From contig CAXVYR010000004.1 in assembly GCA_963666975.2 (NCBI GenBank), forward strand, positions 1,632,001 to 1,696,000: a DNA stretch of 64,000 bases, in the 5' to 3' direction. The DNA comes from Terriglobia bacterium (GTDB lineage Bacteria; Acidobacteriota; Terriglobia; 2-12-FULL-54-10). The position numbers and the translations under genes were made by a program. A model generated the notes under the pieces. It ran no database searches. It saw only the letters and a program-made list of their open reading frames with translations, and was not told where the DNA came from. Shown one piece after another: positions 60,742 through 64,000 of the stretch. Position 1 is the first letter of the stretch. Each line of letters starts with the position of its first letter.

Positions 60742-62624
60742 ACCCAATAAAGAAAAATAGCGGTTTTGTTTCTGTTCTTGCTGTGCTCCCGGTCCCCTTG
60801 GGGATTGCGCTGGCAGCATTGCTTGCCCTTGCCACAAACGGCTGGGCTCACGGAGAAATTGCGGGCAGCGGGCAGCGAAATCTGGAGCGCATCGTGGAGG
60901 GACGGGACGGGCGGTACCGGATAGAGCTGATGCATTCCCCCGCCTTGCCCACAGCGGGCGAGCCGACCAACATCGAACTGAAAGTGATGCGCCTTCTTCC
61001 GGAGCCCGACCCTCTGCTCGGTTCGGAAGTGCCCGTGGCGCTGACGCCGGAGGTTTCTGTCCTCTACGCCGGCTCCCGGAAGCTGCTCGATTCCCACTTG
61101 CCGCTGCATGCGGAAGGGGAAGCGGGAATCTTTGGGGCCGAGTATGATTTCCCGGACCACGGCTCCCTCTTGCTTCGGTTTGCGATCCACACGGAGACGG
61201 ACGACGAACTGAGCGTTGATTTCAGCATAGTAGTGGAAAGGGATTGGACCGCTTTCTTTCGGCGCTGGGTAAACTTTGCGGTTTCGATTCTGATCCTGGT
61301 GCTGACCGGGATGCAGTTATGGAAGGTGCGCGCAAAGGGAGGCCGGCTGGGGCAAATGGTGCGGCCGATCACCCTCGGGGCGCTTTCCTGGGTGGTGGTG
61401 ATTCTGGGGATGAACTTTTTTGTCCTGGACCAGGTTTTGGCCTTGCGCGAACCAATAGTTATCGAGGGGACGGCAGAAACCGTGACGGCCAATGAGGATG
61501 GCTCTTACACGATTCCCGCCGATATCCAGCAAGAGCTGGGGATCGTCCTGGTCGAGGCAAAGCAGAGGTCTCTCGATGAAACCTTCTCCGCTTTCGGGGT
61601 CATCGAAGCCAGTCCCCTCCATTCTGCGGAGGTGGTGGCCCCGCTGTGGGGAAGAATTGAATTTGCGGACGAGAGCATTGCGGTGGGCGACCGGGTCCAG
61701 CGCGGCCAGTTATTAGTGTACATGGTGCTGGAACTTTCCCAGCTCGAACGCTTTCCCATGGTGGCCAAGCACCACGATATCCAGGGCGCGCTCCAGAAGG
61801 CGACCGAGCGCAAGGAGGCCGCCGAGCTGGAATATGAACGCGCTCAAAAACTGTTTGCGGCCAATCCCCTGTTTGAGCAAGACCTCCAATGGGCCACCGA
61901 GTTGCTTGAGGAAGCCACCGACACCTACGAGCAGATTTTCACTCAAGAGAAGAACTACGTGGGCGTGATGAAGTGGCGCGACCCCCGCAAAACGCCCGTG
62001 ATTGCGCCGATCAACGGTACCGTGGCCTCGGTGGATTTCATTCCGGGACAGTTGAACCTGTTCGATGAATATCGGAAACTCTTCACCATTGTGGATACCA
62101 GCGAGGTCTGGGTGCGGGGGGAGGTGTATGTTTCCGACGCCATCAAGATGAAGATCGGGCAGCGGGCGCTGGTGTATCCTCAAAGCAACCCGAACCGGCC
62201 TTTGCGGGCGACGGTCCACTATATCGATGACAGAGTGAATCCGGTGAATCGCACGCTTTCCGTCATCCTGGATGTTCCCAACCCCGAGGAGCAACTTTTC
62301 TTGGGGAGTTTTGTTCGGATGGAATTCCAGCAGCCGCGCCGGCAGGCCGTCGCCGTGCCCGAGCAGGCCGTGGTGGACAACGGCGCGATCCAGTGGATTT
62401 ATGTGGCCATGGACGAAGAGACATTTTTGCCGCTGGAAGTTGAGATGGGAATCCGGAAGGAAGGATGGTGGCAGGTGGTTTCCGGTTTGCAGGAAGGCGA
62501 CCGCGTCATTGGAAAAGGAGTTGCCTTGCTGGGTTCGCTTCGGCAAAGCGAGCCGGAGACGCCCGCAGCCAGCCATTCTCCCGCGACCCAGACGAGCAGC
62601 TCGTTGCTTCCTGCCGAACCGTAA
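60738..62624 (+). CDS. RND periplasmic adaptor with extra N-terminal periplasmic domain and two TM helices
   Basis: N-terminal A|HGE domain, TM helices, GDRVQRGQ, APINGTV, VNPVNRT, GLQEGDRV. Confidence 0.88.
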   Translation: MNPIKKNSGFVSVLAVLPVPLGIALAALLALATNGWAHGEIAGSGQRNLERIVEGRDGRYRIELMHSPALPTAGEPTNIELKVMRLLPEPDPLLGSEVPVALTPEVSVLYAGSRKLLDSHLPLHAEGEAGIFGAEYDFPDHGSLLLRFAIHTETDDELSVDFSIVVERDWTAFFRRWVNFAVSILILVLTGMQLWKVRAKGGRLGQMVRPITLGALSWVVVILGMNFFVLDQVLALREPIVIEGTAETVTANEDGSYTIPADIQQELGIVLVEAKQRSLDETFSAFGVIEASPLHSAEVVAPLWGRIEFADESIAVGDRVQRGQLLVYMVLELSQLERFPMVAKHHDIQGALQKATERKEAAELEYERAQKLFAANPLFEQDLQWATELLEEATDTYEQIFTQEKNYVGVMKWRDPRKTPVIAPINGTVASVDFIPGQLNLFDEYRKLFTIVDTSEVWVRGEVYVSDAIKMKIGQRALVYPQSNPNRPLRATVHYIDDRVNPVNRTLSVILDVPNPEEQLFLGSFVRMEFQQPRRQAVAVPEQAVVDNGAIQWIYVAMDEETFLPLEVEMGIRKEGWWQVVSGLQEGDRVIGKGVALLGSLRQSEPETPAASHSPATQTSSSLLPAEP

Positions 62625-62647
62625 AGAGACCCTGATTTCCTCAGGCC

Positions 62648-64000
62648 ATGTTAAACCATATCATTCGTTCTTCCCTCGAACACCGGCTCATGGTGCTGAG
62701 CCTGACCATCTTCCTGCTGGGCTACGGCGGGTATGTCATCGCTTCCGGGCTGGACGTGGACATCTTTCCCGATCTGAACCGGCCCACGGTAACCGTGTTC
62801 ACCGAGGCGACGGGCCTGGCGCCGGAGGAAGTGGAGGTTCTGGTCACGCTGCCTCTGGAGTATGCGCTGAACGGAGCCACCAACGTGGAACGCATCCGCT
62901 CGCAGTCGGCGGTGGGCCTTTCGCTGCTGTTTGTCGAATTTTCCTGGGATTCGGATATTTACAGGAACCGGCAGATCGTTACAGAAAGATTGCAACTGGC
63001 GGCCGAACGCCTGCCCGCCGGGCTGACGCCCGTGCTGGGACCGATCAGTTCCATCATGGGCGAGATCATGCTGGTGGCCTTGCAGGCCGATTCGTCCGGC
63101 GTTTCTCCCCTGGACATTCGCACGGCGGCGGATTGGCTGATCCGTCCCCGGCTGCTGGCGGTTCCCGGCATTTCCCAGGTGACGGTCATCGGCGGCGGCG
63201 TGAAGCAATATCAGGTCTACGCTTCCCTCGACCGCCTGCGGGAGTACAACGTCTCCCTGCATGAACTGGAAGCCGCCGTGGCGACCACCAATGAGAACAC
63301 CTCCGGCGGATTCCTGATCGGTTCCAACCGGGAATTCCTGATCCGGAACCTGGGCCGCACCAACCGCCTGGAGGATATCGGCGAAGCGGTGGTGGCTTAC
63401 CGCGGCAACCAGCCCGTCTACGTCCGCGATGTGGCCCGGCTTCAGTTCGGCCCGGCGGTCATGCGCGGGAGCGCGGGATTTAATGCGGAGGCGGCCCCCA
63501 CGGTGATCATGAGCATTTACAAGCAGCCGGGGGCCAACACGATTCCTCTCACACGGGCCGTCGAGAGCGCGCTCGAAGACATGCAGGGTTCCCTGCCCGC
63601 CGGCGTCACCATGGATACGCACGTCTTCCGGCAGGCGAGCTTCATTGAGCTGGCCATCGCCAATGTGGAGGACGGCCTCGTCGAGGGATCGATTCTGGTG
63701 ACGATTGTTTTGTTCCTGTTCCTGCTGAATTTTCGCACCACGTTTATCACGCTCACGGCCATTCCGACCTCCTTCCTGGTCACGCTGCTGTTTATGCGCG
63801 CCTTCGACCTCAGCGTTAACACCATGACCTTGGGGGGAGTTGCCATCGCCATCGGGTTGCTGATCGATGACGCCATTGTCGATGTGGAGAACGTCTTCCG
63901 GCGCTTGAAGGAAAACCACGAGCGGGAGAACCCGGAGCCTATTCTTCAGGTGGTGTTCAAGGCCTCGGTCGAGATCCGGAGTTCGATTGTTTACGCCACG
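62648..64000 (+). CDS. CusA/CzcA-family heavy-metal RND permease (runs off window)
   Basis: MLNHIIRSSL..DIFPDLNRP..GLAPEEVE..NTMTLGGVAIAIGLLIDDAIVDVENV (read directly; absent from the ORF track because there is no stop). Confidence 0.92.
   Translation, partial: MLNHIIRSSLEHRLMVLSLTIFLLGYGGYVIASGLDVDIFPDLNRPTVTVFTEATGLAPEEVEVLVTLPLEYALNGATNVERIRSQSAVGLSLLFVEFSWDSDIYRNRQIVTERLQLAAERLPAGLTPVLGPISSIMGEIMLVALQADSSGVSPLDIRTAADWLIRPRLLAVPGISQVTVIGGGVKQYQVYASLDRLREYNVSLHELEAAVATTNENTSGGFLIGSNREFLIRNLGRTNRLEDIGEAVVAYRGNQPVYVRDVARLQFGPAVMRGSAGFNAEAAPTVIMSIYKQPGANTIPLTRAVESALEDMQGSLPAGVTMDTHVFRQASFIELAIANVEDGLVEGSILVTIVLFLFLLNFRTTFITLTAIPTSFLVTLLFMRAFDLSVNTMTLGGVAIAIGLLIDDAIVDVENVFRRLKENHERENPEPILQVVFKASVEIRSSIVYAT

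Overview
GC-rich bacterial chromosomal window; the gene content, RAYT-type REP palindromes and IS set suggest an Acidobacteria-like organism (inference only). From left to right: two tandem, apparently secreted caspase-family (C14) genes, both broken. The second is split by a ~5.4 kb IS1380 transposition unit (ISEcp1-style capture, 6-bp duplication TTAAGA) whose passenger outer-membrane gene is in turn split by IS256. Next come msrP, an amidase, a peroxiredoxin-fusion gene paired with a UGSC selenoprotein (in-frame UGA plus a SECIS-like hairpin) and a DUF5916 protein. A partly decayed sigma-54/c-di-GMP signalling region surrounds an isolated fliC-fliD pair. Two back-to-back leader-peptide attenuators follow: a poly-Cys leader before tauE and an F/Y/W leader before DAHP synthase. 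The remainder holds an HNH nuclease, mfd, REP arrays hit by IS3-like and IS1182 elements, hemL, an FAD/Fe-S oxidoreductase, an RRM protein, a radical SAM gene and an unusual heavy-metal RND cluster preceded by a Fur-like box. No rRNA, tRNA or CRISPR array was seen.
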